Of a stretch of DNA of 64,000 nucleotides, positions 1-15,495 are shown in pieces. The notes below the pieces were generated by a model. The model was not told the origin of the DNA. It made no database searches and was given only the letters and a program-made list of their open reading frames with translations. Origin of the DNA: the human T2T-CHM13v2.0 reference genome, Homo sapiens; assembly GCF_009914755.1 (NCBI RefSeq), contig NC_060934.1. One strand, given 5' to 3'. Each line of letters opens with the position of its first letter. Position 1 is the first letter of the stretch. A program made the position numbers and the translations under genes.

Positions 1-3704
<3,704 letters not shown>

Positions 3705-4200
3705 GGAACCTCCAACACCAGAAGCAAGAATATACCATACCTGCCTCACCAATCATTCCTCAAAAGAATATTTGGCCATTTCAAGATAAATTATGTGGGG
3801 AAAAGGGTGATACCAAGATGTTTCAAGGACTCCTGATATATTGATATGGTGTCTCAAGCTTATCTTGCTCTAGGTCATGCAAAGCACCACAATAAACCTC
3901 ACTAGAAAAGCAGAGGCAAGAGATAAATGAAACGTTAGCCCACTTCTTTTATACAATGGCCCCAGTGGGTCACCCTGTAGTTATTTCTCTAATTCCTGAG
4001 TGCATAATTGGGGCAGATATTCTTAAGTGCTGGCAGAAACCTAAGATTGGTTCACTAAACTGTGGTGTAAAAGGCATCATAATAAAGCCAAGTAGAAGCC
4101 CCTGAATTGACACATGACCACACTGAATCAAGTTAGAATATCAGAAGCAGTACCACATTCCTTGTAGAATGACGTTTAAGAACATCCCTCAAAAACTTCA
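3705..4200 (+). mobile_element. ERVL (HERVL-related) internal remnant, protease/start of pol region
   Basis: CCAGTGGGT..CCTGTAGTTATTTC..TGCATAATTGGG..GCTGGCAGAA..ATTGGTTC resembles HERVL pol; resumes at ~6991-7060 after an L1 insertion. Confidence 0.7.
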
Positions 4201-5128
4201 GATTACTGTTTATTTCTTTCTCTTGGCTAATTGCTCTGACCAGAACTTTCAGTATGAGGTTACATAATGGTGGTAAAAGTGGTCATCTTTTTCTTGTTCT
4301 AGTCCTTAGAGGATAGGACTTCAGTTTTTTTTTTCCCATTTTTTTCCCCCAGTATAGTGTCAGCTTTGGGTTTGTCATCTATGACCTTTATTATGTTGAA
4401 GTATGTTCCTTCTATACCCATTTTAATGAGGGTTTTTACCATAAAGAGATGTTGAATTTTATCAAACACTTTTTTGACATCTGTTGAAAGAATCACATGG
4501 CTTTTTTTCTTGATTCTGTAAATGTAATGTACCACATTTATTGATTAGCATATGTTGAACCATCCTTGCATCCTGGGATGAATCCTACTTGCTCATGGTG
4601 AATAATATTTTTAATGTGTTGTTGAATTTGGTTGCAAGCATTTTGTTGAGAATTTTTGGATCTATGTTCAACAATGATATTGGCCTGTCGTTTTCTTTGT
4701 TGTGGTGTCTCTGTCTTCTTTTGTTATCAAGGTAATGCTGGCCACATAGGATGAGTTTGGAAGTATTTCTTCCTCTTTAATTTTTTTGAAGAGTTTCAGT
4801 AAAGTTTGTATTCTTTAATTGTTTGGTAGATTTCGTCAGGGAACCTATCAGGTTTTGGGGTTTTCTTTTTCTTTTTTTTTTTTTTTTGATGGGTTTTTTT
4901 TTATGGTTTCTATGTTACACATTATTTCTCTGTTAAGGTTTTCACATTTGGTATGTCATATTTCCATTTTCACTTATTTCAATTTTTTTATATTTTTTAA
5001 AAAATTTATTCATTAATCCATTGGTCAATCAGGAGCATGCTGTTTAATTTCCATGTGTTTATGTATTTTCTGAGGTTCCTCTTGTTATTGATTTCTAGTT
5101 TTATTCCACTGTTTTCAGAAAAGTTACT
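4201..5128 (-). mobile_element. L1MA-age LINE-1, inverted 5' segment with internal deletion
   Basis: Antisense ORF2 ([13 protein letters not shown] in ORF 4299..4535; [11 protein letters not shown] in 5006..5188). Confidence 0.85.
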
Positions 5129-6990
5129 TCTATGCTCTTGAATTGAAAGAATTAACATTGTTAAAAATGACAATGCTACCCAAAGCAATTTATAGATTCA
5201 GTGCAATCACTATCAAAATACCAATGCCATTCTTCATAGAAATAGAAAAAGAAATTCTAAAATTTATTTGAAACCACAAAACAGCCCAAATAGCTAAAGA
5301 AATCCTGAGTAAAGCTAGATATATCACACTACCGGACATCAAAATTTACTATAAAGCTATAATAGCCAAAACAACATTGTACTGGCATAAAAACAGACAC
5401 ATGGACCAATAGAACATAGTTGAGAATCCAGATATAAATCTGTAGATTTACAACCAACTCATCTTCAATAAAGGTGCCAAGAAAATACAATGGGTAAAGG
5501 ACAGTCTTTTCATAAATGGTTCTGAGCAAACTGGGTGACTATATGAAGAAGAATAAAACTAGACCCCTATCTCTCACTTTATTAAAAAAAATCAAAATGT
5601 ATTAAAGTCTTAAATTTAAGACCTGAAACTATGAAACTACTAGAAGAAAACATTGAGAAAATGCTCCAGGATATTAGTTTGGACAAAGAATTTTGTGTAT
5701 GACCAAAAAAGTACAGGCAAGCAAAGCAAAAATAGACAATTGAGATAACATCAAGAGGAAACAAGCAACAAAATGAAGAGACAGAAAATATTTGCAAACT
5801 ATCCATCTGGCAAGGAATGTAGAACCAGAATATATAAGGAGCTCAGACAACTCAATAGGAAAAAAACATAATCCAATTAAAAAATGAGAAAAATATCTGA
5901 ACAGACATTTCTCAAAAGAAGATATACAAATGGCCAACAGGTATATAAAAAAGTTCAACATAACTAATCATCAGAGAAATGCAAATTAAAATGACAATGT
6001 GATATCATCTCACCCCATTTAGAATGGCTGTATCAAAAAGATAAGACAATAATGTATGCTGGAAAGGATGTGCAAAAAGGGGAACCCTCATACCTGTTAA
6101 TGAGAATGTATTTATAAATTAGTACAACCACTATGGAGAATAGTATTGTTCCTTAAACAACTAAAAACAGAGCTACCACATGATTCATCAATCCCACAAC
6201 TAGGTATATATACAAAATAAATAAAATAAATATATTAAAGAGATATGTACACTATGATGTATTACAGCTGTCTTCACAATAACCAAAATACGGAATCAAA
6301 CTAAGTGTCCATCAGTGGATAAATAAATAAAGAATAAAGAAAACATGGTATATACACACAATGGGAGTGTTATTCTGCCATAAAATAAATGAAATCCTAT
6401 CATTTGCAGCAACATGAATGGAACTGGAGGCCATTATGTAAAATGAAATAAGCCAAGCAAAGTAGGACAAACATCATATGTTCTCACTCTTATGTGAGAG
6501 CTAAAAGAGCGGAACTCATGAAGATAGAGAGTAGATTGCTTGTTTCTGATTGGTGGTTACCAGAGGCTGGAAAGGGAAGGAGACGAAGGAGGAATAAAGG
6601 AAAAAAAAAAAAGAATATAAATGTATTTGTAACCACTAAATGGTACACTTAAAAATGGTAAATTTGATAATAGTAAATTATATATGTATATAACTCAATC
6701 AAAAAAACAGAAAAGCAACATTAAAAAAAGAAATGTGTTTGTATACACATTTTCTACTATTCTGTACCACAATAGGGTGACTATAGTTAACAGTAATTTA
6801 TTGTACATTTTTAAAGAAATAAAAAAGTGTGATTAGAATGTTCCTAACACAAAGAAATGATATGTGTTTGAGGTGATGTATACTCCAATTACCCTGATTG
6901 ATCATTTCATAATGTATTCCTGTATCAAAACATACATCTACAGCATAAATATATACAACTATCATCATAGCCATAAAAATTTAAAAAAAA
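5129..6990 (+). mobile_element. L1MA2/3-like LINE-1 sense 3' segment with 3'UTR and A tail
   Basis: Degenerate ORF2 3' part; L1MA-type end (AGGGTGACTATAGTTAAC...CACAAAGAAATGAT...GAGGTGATG); probable TSD AAAAACTT(C/A)A at ~4191 and ~6986. Confidence 0.85.
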
Positions 6991-7556
6991 CTTAAAGGCT
7001 TCAGGATATATAGCTAGTGGTCCCATATCTTCTCGGTACTCTCTCTTGGTCTTTGCCTTCTAAGGGTGGAAAGTTTTTAGTTCATATCAGGTAGCCAGTC
7101 TGAAAAGACTGGGGGAGTCTAAGACACCAGCTTGCTCTTGGTATGAATGTGTGAAGCCCTTGGCTGAATTTTTTCTTAAAAAGTCCTATCTCTATGGGGC
7201 TTTTGACATATTTTGCTATCTTAAGGACATTGAAATTATTGGGGACCATGGAGATGCCTCCTCGACTCCCTCCCTAGAAATACTTCTTGTTTATATGATT
7301 TTTAAAAAGTACCTGAAAAATTACTATACAGCCTTTAAAAGGCTTTTGGATTGAGTCGCTATTGGAACTAAGTACACCACTAAAAGAAAAAGGACTTTAG
7401 AGATCTCTTATTATCAGCAATTTTTAAAAGGTTTAAATTAAAATAAGGATATATAATAATTTCATAGCTTTAAAAATTATCCTGGGCAGTTTAAATCCTT
7501 TGCAAGCCTGAAAGATAACTGCTCTGTACTCCTTCTGGAGAGAGCAATGGCAACTG

Positions 7557-7633
7557 TCCCATAATGTAGCTCAGTAGCTAAGCCTCTGCCCTTTCACAAT
7601 GGTGCCCTGGGTTTAATTCCAGGCTTCAGGGAA
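7557..7633 (+). pseudogene. Degenerate tRNA-Glu(TTC)-like relic inside ERV internal region
   Basis: TCCC...CAGTAGCTAAG...CTTTCAC...GGGTTTAATTCC...CAGGGAA is colinear with tRNA-Glu TCCC..TAGTGGCTAGG..CTTTCAC..GGGTTCGATTCC..CAGGGAA. Confidence 0.55.
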
Positions 7634-8461
7634 TGAGTCCTTTCTGTTGTGGTATTTAGGTATTTATGTGACCTTTGCCATTTATTGATTTCTTTCCCCT
7701 CTATGAACAACTTCTGACTTCCTGTCTTGAATCTTCCTTTCTCTGACCTACCTTCGGGGCACTTCTGGATTTTGTAAAAACCGCTTGCCATCTCTTTGGA
7801 GACAACTTGTGCATGCCTGGTTAAGTCACAACATTAGTTAAAACTTAATGGTTTCACTTGGGAAAATACCTTTGATAAAAATAAAAATTTTTTTAAAGAA
7901 AGCTTAAAAGCCAGAGGAGTTGGCTGTTTGTCCCAGCTAGAGTCTGGTAATAAGATATCTTAAAAATTAAATAATAATAATAATAATAAATAAAAGAGCT
8001 CTAGAGTTAAAAATCAGCTTAATTAAAAGTAGATATCCAAGCTTATACATATATTTAAAAAGGTCTTTATGTTTTTTTCTCTTCTTAAATGTTATTTTTT
8101 GAGAAAAAAAATGGACTTCTTTGAGAAAAAAAGTTTTTTATTTTCTTCTCAATCAACTTACTCATTCCTTCATTTACTTCTGCTGTGTTCTTGCAACCCT
8201 CTATGCTCACGTAAGAGGATGTAAGGTAATTTCTGACAGCCTGAGACTCCTTGGGAGAAACAGAGGAGGCACTACAAACCTCATTTTGAGAGAAACTTCT
8301 TTTCTCTGTTTTCTTAATGGAACCCCAAGAACTGAAAGTGGACATATTCGTTTCAAAATCTAAGGCTTTTCTCTGTTTTGCATTACATTATCTGAACTTT
8401 TTCACTTTTGGGGGCATCAAAAGTTACTTTGAATTATGAGAAAACCTTTAGTCTTCATGTG

Positions 8462-8697
8462 TAGAAGGCATGTCTTACATGCCATCAGGGAAAAGAGAAT
8501 GAGAGCCAAGCCAAAGGGGAAACCACTTATAAAACCATCAGATCTCATGAGACTTACTCACTATCAAAAGAACAATATGGGGGAAACTGCCCCCATGATT
8601 CAATTATCTCCCACCGAGCCCCTTCCACCACATGTGGGAATTATGGGAGCTATAATTCAAAATGAAATTTGGGTGGGGACATGGGCAAACCATATCA
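8462..8697 (-). mobile_element. THE1C/D-like MaLR LTR, partial
   Basis: TTATAAAACCATCAGATCTCATGAGAC...TTTGGGTGGGGACA..AAACCATATCA. Confidence 0.9.
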
Positions 8698-9094
8698 GAT
8701 ACTGTACTTGCTAGATGCTTTAAGGTTATAAACTACTTCCATGACTTCTAATAATCATTCAACTTGCCTGCTTCGGAGCCATTATATTCCAGGTAAGGCT
8801 TGGGGACATAGAATTATCAATGCCCCTAGACAGGCTGGAAAAGAGTCAGGCATTACCTGCAGTTCCTATGTCCATGGCTGTGCACCTGATACATAATTAA
8901 AATTGCTTACACTACAAATGAAAATTATGTTTTTAATAAAAAGACATCGGAATATGGTTTATTGTAAGATAAAGTAATTTTGTCTAATTTAGAGCGTGTA
9001 AATATGGTTTTAGGTTAAAAGAAAGATGGAATAAAACTGAAGGTTTAAGCAAATTTTAGATAGTTATAAAGGGCTTACGAAAATTTTTTCTTGG

Positions 9095-9481
9095 ATATTA
9101 GCCCTTTGTCAGAGGGATAGATTGTAAAAATTTTCTCCCATTCTGTAGGTTGCCTGTTCACTCTGATGATAGTGTCTTTTGCTGTGCATAAGCTCTTTAG
9201 TTTAATTAGATCCCATTTGTCAATGTTGGCTTTTGTTGCCTTTGCTTTTAGTGTTTTAGTCATGAAGTCTTTGCCCACGCCTATGTCCTGAATGGTATTG
9301 CCTAGGTTTTCTTCTAGGGTTTTTGTGGTTTTGGGTCTTACATTTAAGTCTTTAATCCATTTTGAGTTAATTTTTGTATAAGATGTAAGGAAGGGACCCA
9401 TTTTCAGTTTTCTGTTTACAGCTAGTCAGCTTTCCCAACACTATTTATTAAATAGGGAATCCTTTCCCCATTGCTTTTTTT
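9095..9481 (-). mobile_element. L1PA7-like inverted 5' segment
   Basis: ORF 9075..9401 is L1 ORF2 ([21 protein letters not shown]). Confidence 0.92.
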
Positions 9482-10128
9482 AATCCAGAATCTACTAAGA
9501 ACTTAAACAAATTTACAAGAAAAAAAAATCCATCAAAAAGTGGGTGAAGGCTATGAACAGACTTTTCTCAAAAGAAGACATTAACGTGGCCAACAAACAT
9601 GAAAAAAAGCTCATCATCACTGGTCATTAGAGAAATGCGAATCAAAACCACAATGAGATACCATCTCACGCCAGTTAGGATGGCAATCATTAAAAAGTCA
9701 GGAAACAACAGAAGCTAGAGAGGATGTGGAGAAAAAGAAATGTTTTTACACTGTTGGCGGGAGTGTAAATTCGTTCAACCACTGTAGAAGACAGTGTTGT
9801 GATTCCTCAAGGATCTAGAACCAGAAATACCATATGACCCAACAATCCCATTACTGGGTATACACCCAAAGGATTATAAATCATTCTACTTTAAAGACAC
9901 ATGCATATTTATGTTTATTGTGGCAATGTTCACAATAGCAAATACTTGGAACCAACCCAAATGCCCATCAATGATAGACTGGATAAAGAAAATGTGGCAC
10001 ATATACACCATGGAATACTATGCAGCCATAAAAAAGGATGAGTTTATGTCCTTTGCAGGGACATGGATAAAGCTGGAAACCATCATTCTCAGCAAACTAA
10101 CACAGGAACAGAAAACCAAACACCACAT
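9482..10128 (+). mobile_element. L1PA7-like sense segment ending just before the ORF2 stop, no L1 3'UTR
   Basis: ORF2 C-terminus TWNQPKCPSMIDWIKKMWHIYTMEYY...QKTKHH, then non-L1 sequence. Confidence 0.92.
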
Positions 10129-10493
10129 ATATAGATCACAAATTTTGTGTAGTTTGTCAATACATACAGGGCAAGGTTTTAGATGCCTGACTTTAAACAA
10201 AGCTCATGCTATTTCTGCAAATACAAGGAAAAACAAACATAGTCTTAAAGCTCCTCTATATTTCAGAAGGTGGTGAAGGATCTGGATTATATTAACAGTG
10301 TTCTTTACTATGATACCCTACTCCTGTCATGAATAAAAGGTGATGTTTGGAGATGTCATCAAATAGTTGACAAAGAAAAAAATGATAAGAAAAAAGAAAT
10401 GAATCTATGTCATATTTTAGTTATCATGATTTAAAAAGCATGTTTTAAGATCTTAGTATATAATAAATCTCTACTCTATTAGTTGAAAAAAAA
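10129..10493 (+). other. Non-L1 sequence co-inserted with the L1 (transduced or chimeric 3' end) with AATAAA and short A tail
   Basis: AATAAA 10462-10467, 18 nt, A8 at 10486-10493; imperfect TSD AAAATTTTTTCTTGG (9080-9094) / AAAATTTTCTATGG (10490-10503). Confidence 0.65.
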
Positions 10494-11287
10494 TTTTCTA
10501 TGGTCAAACTGGTTAAAATTGGACAAATTTGTTTATAAAATTATATTAAAATTAGCTTTAGCATTAATACACTAATGCAAAGGTAAAAATAGTTTTTCTC
10601 TTTTAAACAAGATTTTGGTTTGCCTACAGGTAAAAGCAAGGGAGAAGAAACAGATTCATCTGGCCTCATACTGTCTTTAGTGAGTCTTGTTTGAAAAGCT
10701 GAGTCTCCTCTTTAATAAAGACCAAAGATTTTTGCTTTATCAAAATACTTGAATAAATCATTTCAGCTAAATAAACAAACTGTGGTCCTATTTTGTGATA
10801 TAAAGCATTTTAAACCTTTGATACTTGACAAACTTTCCAAAATCAAATTCTAAATTAAGGCTTTTTTGACTTGATTAAGCTTTTTAGATATTAGGTCACC
10901 TGAAGTCTAAGAGACACATTTGGACTGTTCCTTAAAAGGCTCCACCCCAAAGCCAATAATTCAGTTGAAATATTTACATCTTTAAGGAAATCTCCATGTG
11001 TAAGTGTGTCTGCTATACCTGGCCATATAATCTTGGCTGAACTTTTACTCACACTATGTTTTCCTTGGTTTGAATAAAATACAAATTCTCTATCTTATTT
11101 CATGTAAGAGTTGTCCCTTTAGAAATTCAAATTTAGAGTTTCCTAGCTGTAAATTTCTCAAACACAAGAGAGCTGTTTTTTCAGGCTATTCACTTAGATT
11201 CCAAATGGCATCAGATCTCTTCTTAAAAGTATTATTTAACTAGGCTTAAGCATTTTGGTAATTCTTTGATATATTAAAACCACATAG

Positions 11288-11480
11288 TGGGGCCTATCTA
11301 GGATAGAGGGTGGGCAGAGGGAGGGAGATTATCAGAAAAAATAGCTAATGCATGCTGGGCTTAATACCTAGGTGATGGGTTGATAGGCGCAGCAATCCAC
11401 CATGGCTCATGTTTACCTATGTAAAAAACCTGTGCATTCTGTACATGTGTCTTGGAATTTAAAATATAATAATAACTTTA
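11288..11480 (+). mobile_element. L1PA10/11-like 3' end, 5'-truncated
   Basis: ATAGCTAATGCATGCTGGGCTTAATACCTAGGTGATGG; TSD AAAACCA(C/T)ATAG at 11276-11287 and 11481-11492. Confidence 0.9.
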
Positions 11481-13409
11481 AAAACCATATAGGAAACATT
11501 GTCAAATATAAAACAGTTTTAAATTTTCTTTGGGTTATATTCATATGTTATTAGTATGTATTACAAAATTATATAAGGTTCCTATAACTCTAATATGTCT
11601 CAGTATATGTTATCAATAATAATTAGAATTTTTCTGTTAAATTATTGTATACTGCTGAGATGAACATGTCTCCTTGTTGACTGAGTCTTTAACTGTGGCT
11701 ATCCTAAGACTTTTGTTATGCACAGAGAGACATTTGTCATCTTGTTTTAATACTTTTCAAAAGACAGTTTATAACCAGCTATAGAATTCTGATAGGCACT
11801 ATTGAATGCAGGTCTCTAATAACTTTGGAAATTGGGATTAGGATAGATCAAAAAACTTCCAAGATTCTCTTGGAAAGCTAATGTGTTAATAAATATCAAG
11901 CAGAACAGAAGTTAATTACATGGACTGAACTAACAGAATATTGAGATAATACTCAGGATATTTTGTTTGAAACATTGTTGATCCTTTCTGTTTTTCAGAG
12001 TCAATAAAACTTTTTCCTTTTTAGCTGCTTACAGATGTTAACCATGGAGTAAAATACACTCCTGTGAGCAAAACTTGGAGCATATTTCTTTTTCTCTGCC
12101 TCATTTCTCCAGAATTTGGAAACTATTTGTGAGTATACCTAACTTACAGCAATTTAGTTATTTGCATATATGCAACAATAATCTGTTTTCTCTTGTAATA
12201 GGACACATTTGGAGACACTGGTTATTTTACCAAGCCTTGACTGAAATGACATGCTTTCAGATATAATCAGACTGTTTTAAGAAATCAAAGTTGACTTATA
12301 AAGCCAATAAAAGACCCTTGGGGAAATTGGCCTCATACTTTGTCTATGCAGTCCCTGTACAGAATTCCTAACCTGTGGTAAGTAATTTCCATACTCTTGA
12401 GAAATCCAGAGTATGGAAAATAGCCCAACTCATACAGGTATTTGCAGGAACAGATAAATTCACGGCTGGGCTTGAGGCTTTAAAAAGTCTAATCTGAGTT
12501 TCATTATGGAACAAAGTTCCAGCAAAGCCGATTAAAAAAATAAAAAGCCTATATAGCAAATAATTATTCTTCCTATACTTTATGCTAATAATCAGGCAAG
12601 TAAAAAAAGACTAAAACTTATTTAGCAAACAAATTGGTCTTAATATATTTTATCTTTGATAAAAATGAGAGACTGGAGACAGAAAGATTATAATAGACCT
12701 GCTACTAGATTCTAGTCTTGTTCATTGTTTTTGAGGTGTTTTAAAAATATTACTTTCTACAATTTGGACTGAATCTCAAATCCTATCCGCGCTAATGTTT
12801 TAAAATTTTTCTTCAATTTTTCTGACTTGAACTCAGAATTCTGACTTCCTTTTTTTCTGAGGTTGTACAAGGTAAAGTTATTCCTTGTGACACAGGTGAG
12901 AAAAATGTGTCATATTACCACTGTTTTTCTCCTCTGTAACAAAAGATGTTTTGAGTCTAACATCTGGATAGATTATGTGCACCATTAATGTCTGTTTTTC
13001 TTCTGTTTCCATAGAAATGCTTTTCATTAAAAGTGTTTGCCTTATATTTCAAACACAGGAGACTTATTTTCCAGCCTATTCACTTAGTTTGCAAATGGCA
13101 TCAGATCTCTTCTTATAAGCATTATTAAATTAGGCTTAAGCATTTTATTAATTATCACTGCGTGCTACTTGATTTTTTCTAAAAAAATTATTTGTTCTAT
13201 TCAACAGGGGTGCAGACAGTTAAAGTTTATGTCTTCGAGGCTTCAACAGTTTCAAGTCCCTACAGGTATTCACAACAGTCACTGAGAGTTTTCCACACCC
13301 TACAAGTTTAGGCAGAGATGATAACCCTGTTCAGAAAGTAGCTTTAGAAGATGACATATTCAGCTCTTTATCTTTAAGAATAAGGAAGGTGAAATCTCAC
13401 AGGGGGGAA

Positions 13410-13797
13410 TGACATAGAGTAGGAATGAGGCTTTGCTTCAGCTCACCCCCTTTAAAGCAATCCCACTGATCACAATAACCATACCACTACCTCACTGCTA
13501 ATACTTCTTTTACTTAAAGAATTCCATGAACTGGCCTTAGGAGGTAATCAAAGCTGTGGAGTGTCCAACCTAGGGAAGGAATTCTGAGCAATTTATTTAT
13601 GACTTTGTTGCCGCAGACCAGACCACCAGGTGAACCACTACTCAATATAACCGTCACAACCAGATAATACTGCCCTGTATACTCTACCCATCATTTGCTT
13701 TTCCCAGCCCAACCCACATACCCTAACCCTGATGTCAATTTCTGTGCTTTGCCTAATAAAAGTCCTACCAGCTTTTTTCAGAGAGTCAATCAGGGAA

Positions 13798-13828
<31 letters not shown>

Positions 13829-13939
13829 CTTCCCTTATGTCCAGGCATAAGCTCCAATGAAGCCTTGTCTGGGAGAATGCTTTCAGCCTTATGCCAATTT
13901 CTATGGCATTAAAAGCCCAAGAACCCATCATTAGTAACA
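13410..13939 (+). mobile_element. 3' LTR of the ERV1 element (MER4-group, possibly MER67-like)
   Basis: TG...CA ends, preceded by PPT; contains AATAAA and (CT)n at ~13798-13824; family name uncertain. Confidence 0.8.
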
Positions 13940-14521
13940 CCTGCAACTTGGATCTCCAGGCCACCCACATTTCTGAAAAAGCAGCTACAAATTTGTGAAT
14001 TCCTGTAATCTTCTGAAGTAAGTTCAATAATTCACTTAAACAACTTACAAAACTCAACAAGTACCATGATTACAATTATAGTTTTATTATAAAGGATAAA
14101 CCTAGGGCAAGGACTGGTAGCGTCCCAGAAACAGAGTTTCCCATACTTTTCCCTAGGGAGCCAGGGCATGTTACCCTCCAGAATATTTGTGCCCTCACCA
14201 ACCAGGAAGCTCTAAGGAGCCTGAGTCCAGAGAGTTATTTGGGTTTTTATTACATGGTCAAGATCGATTAAATCAATGACCATGTGGTGGAGCTCAATCT
14301 CCAGCCTCCCTCTTTTCCCCAGTGGTCAAGCTGACCCCACGTTCGAACTTTTCAATATTGTAGTTGGGCTTTTTGGTGACAGCTCCCATCCTGAAGCTAT
14401 CTAAGGACCTACCAAGAGTCAAGTCATTACTATAATAAAAACCTTCCCATCACTAAGGTAATTTCAAGAGTGAAACCCTGAGCCCTGGACACAAACTAGA
14501 TATATTCTTCATTATACCACA
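13940..14521 (-). mobile_element. MER21C-like LTR, partial
   Basis: Ends ATATATTCTTCATTATACCACA (reverse of MER21C start); CAACCAGGAAGCTC and CCCATCCTGAAGCTATCTA blocks. Confidence 0.75.
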
Positions 14522-15269
14522 ATACTAATGGCATGTGTAAGTATTGCTCTTATCATTGTTCTTATCCTAATCCTTAAGTGAAACTCTTGGGACTTAAACT
14601 CTAGGCCCTGAAAAAATGTATACTTCTGTTATTTATAATTCAATCAAATAATGACCCTACTTCATTGATATACTTTGCTCCTTGAACTTTGAGTAATTTA
14701 GATTTTAGTTTTCAGTATTGATGTCTGAAAAAATCGTATCGTTACGTTTGTTTTGAGGAACTTTTGGTTGTTCATTTTCTTTTGTATTATTTACTTCAAT
14801 TTGTATAGGTTAACATCATTATAGAAAACATAGCTAATTTCCTTGGAGCTTCTGTGGGATCTGGATTTTAGATTTCAAATGCCATGTTCATGTACATTTG
14901 TAAAGTATATTCACATACATACACAAATTTATTATAAACTTCACGGCAAAATGATAAACAGTAAAGCAAATGAATCATCAGTGGTTCTTTAAAATGCACT
15001 TACCAATTTGTATCTCTCCACTACACTATATCTTTATAACCAGGATTACACAAATAGAGGAGGCAACTTCTAGATCATACAGTGTGACTCTAACAAAGAT
15101 AACTTTCAGTAGCTAAAATAACAAAACAGATAATATTCTTTTAATAAGTAAACACATTTATTAGTAAGAATTTCAGGTGGGGGGTTTCTATGGATATGCC
15201 GTAGACTGCTTCCTTGTATGGTCTACCTTGCTAATTTCTTTTTATCAAAGAAACTCAGCTAATATAAAC

Positions 15270-15495
15270 CAGGATTTGCTCAACCTAGGCATTTATTGAG
15301 AATTAGGGTTGGATAATTTATTGTTACAGAAGCTGTCCTGTGCATGGTAGCATGTTTAACAGAATCCCTGCTTCTACTCATTAGATGCCATTAACCCTCC
15401 ACCACACTCACAGCTGTGACGACCAAAAATATTTCTGGATATGGGCAAATGTTCTCTAGGGAAATTCATCCCCCTTCCCTGTTGAGAAGCATTGC
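15270..15495 (-). mobile_element. MER20 hAT-Charlie MITE
   Basis: CTCAACCT..GCTGTCCTGTGCAT..TGTGACGACCAAAAAT..GTTGAGAAGCATTG. Confidence 0.85.

Larger units (their letters stand above)
7061..13409 (+). mobile_element. ERV1 MER4-group non-autonomous internal sequence, 5' LTR missing, interrupted by THE1 and L1s
   Basis: Typical MER4-group internal blocks; env-TM remnant at ~13076-13213; polypurine tract AGGGGGGAA 13401-13409 directly before an LTR. Confidence 0.8.

Noticed and set aside
7557-7633. Functional tRNA gene
   Set aside because: Stems and B box are degenerate; kept only as a relic
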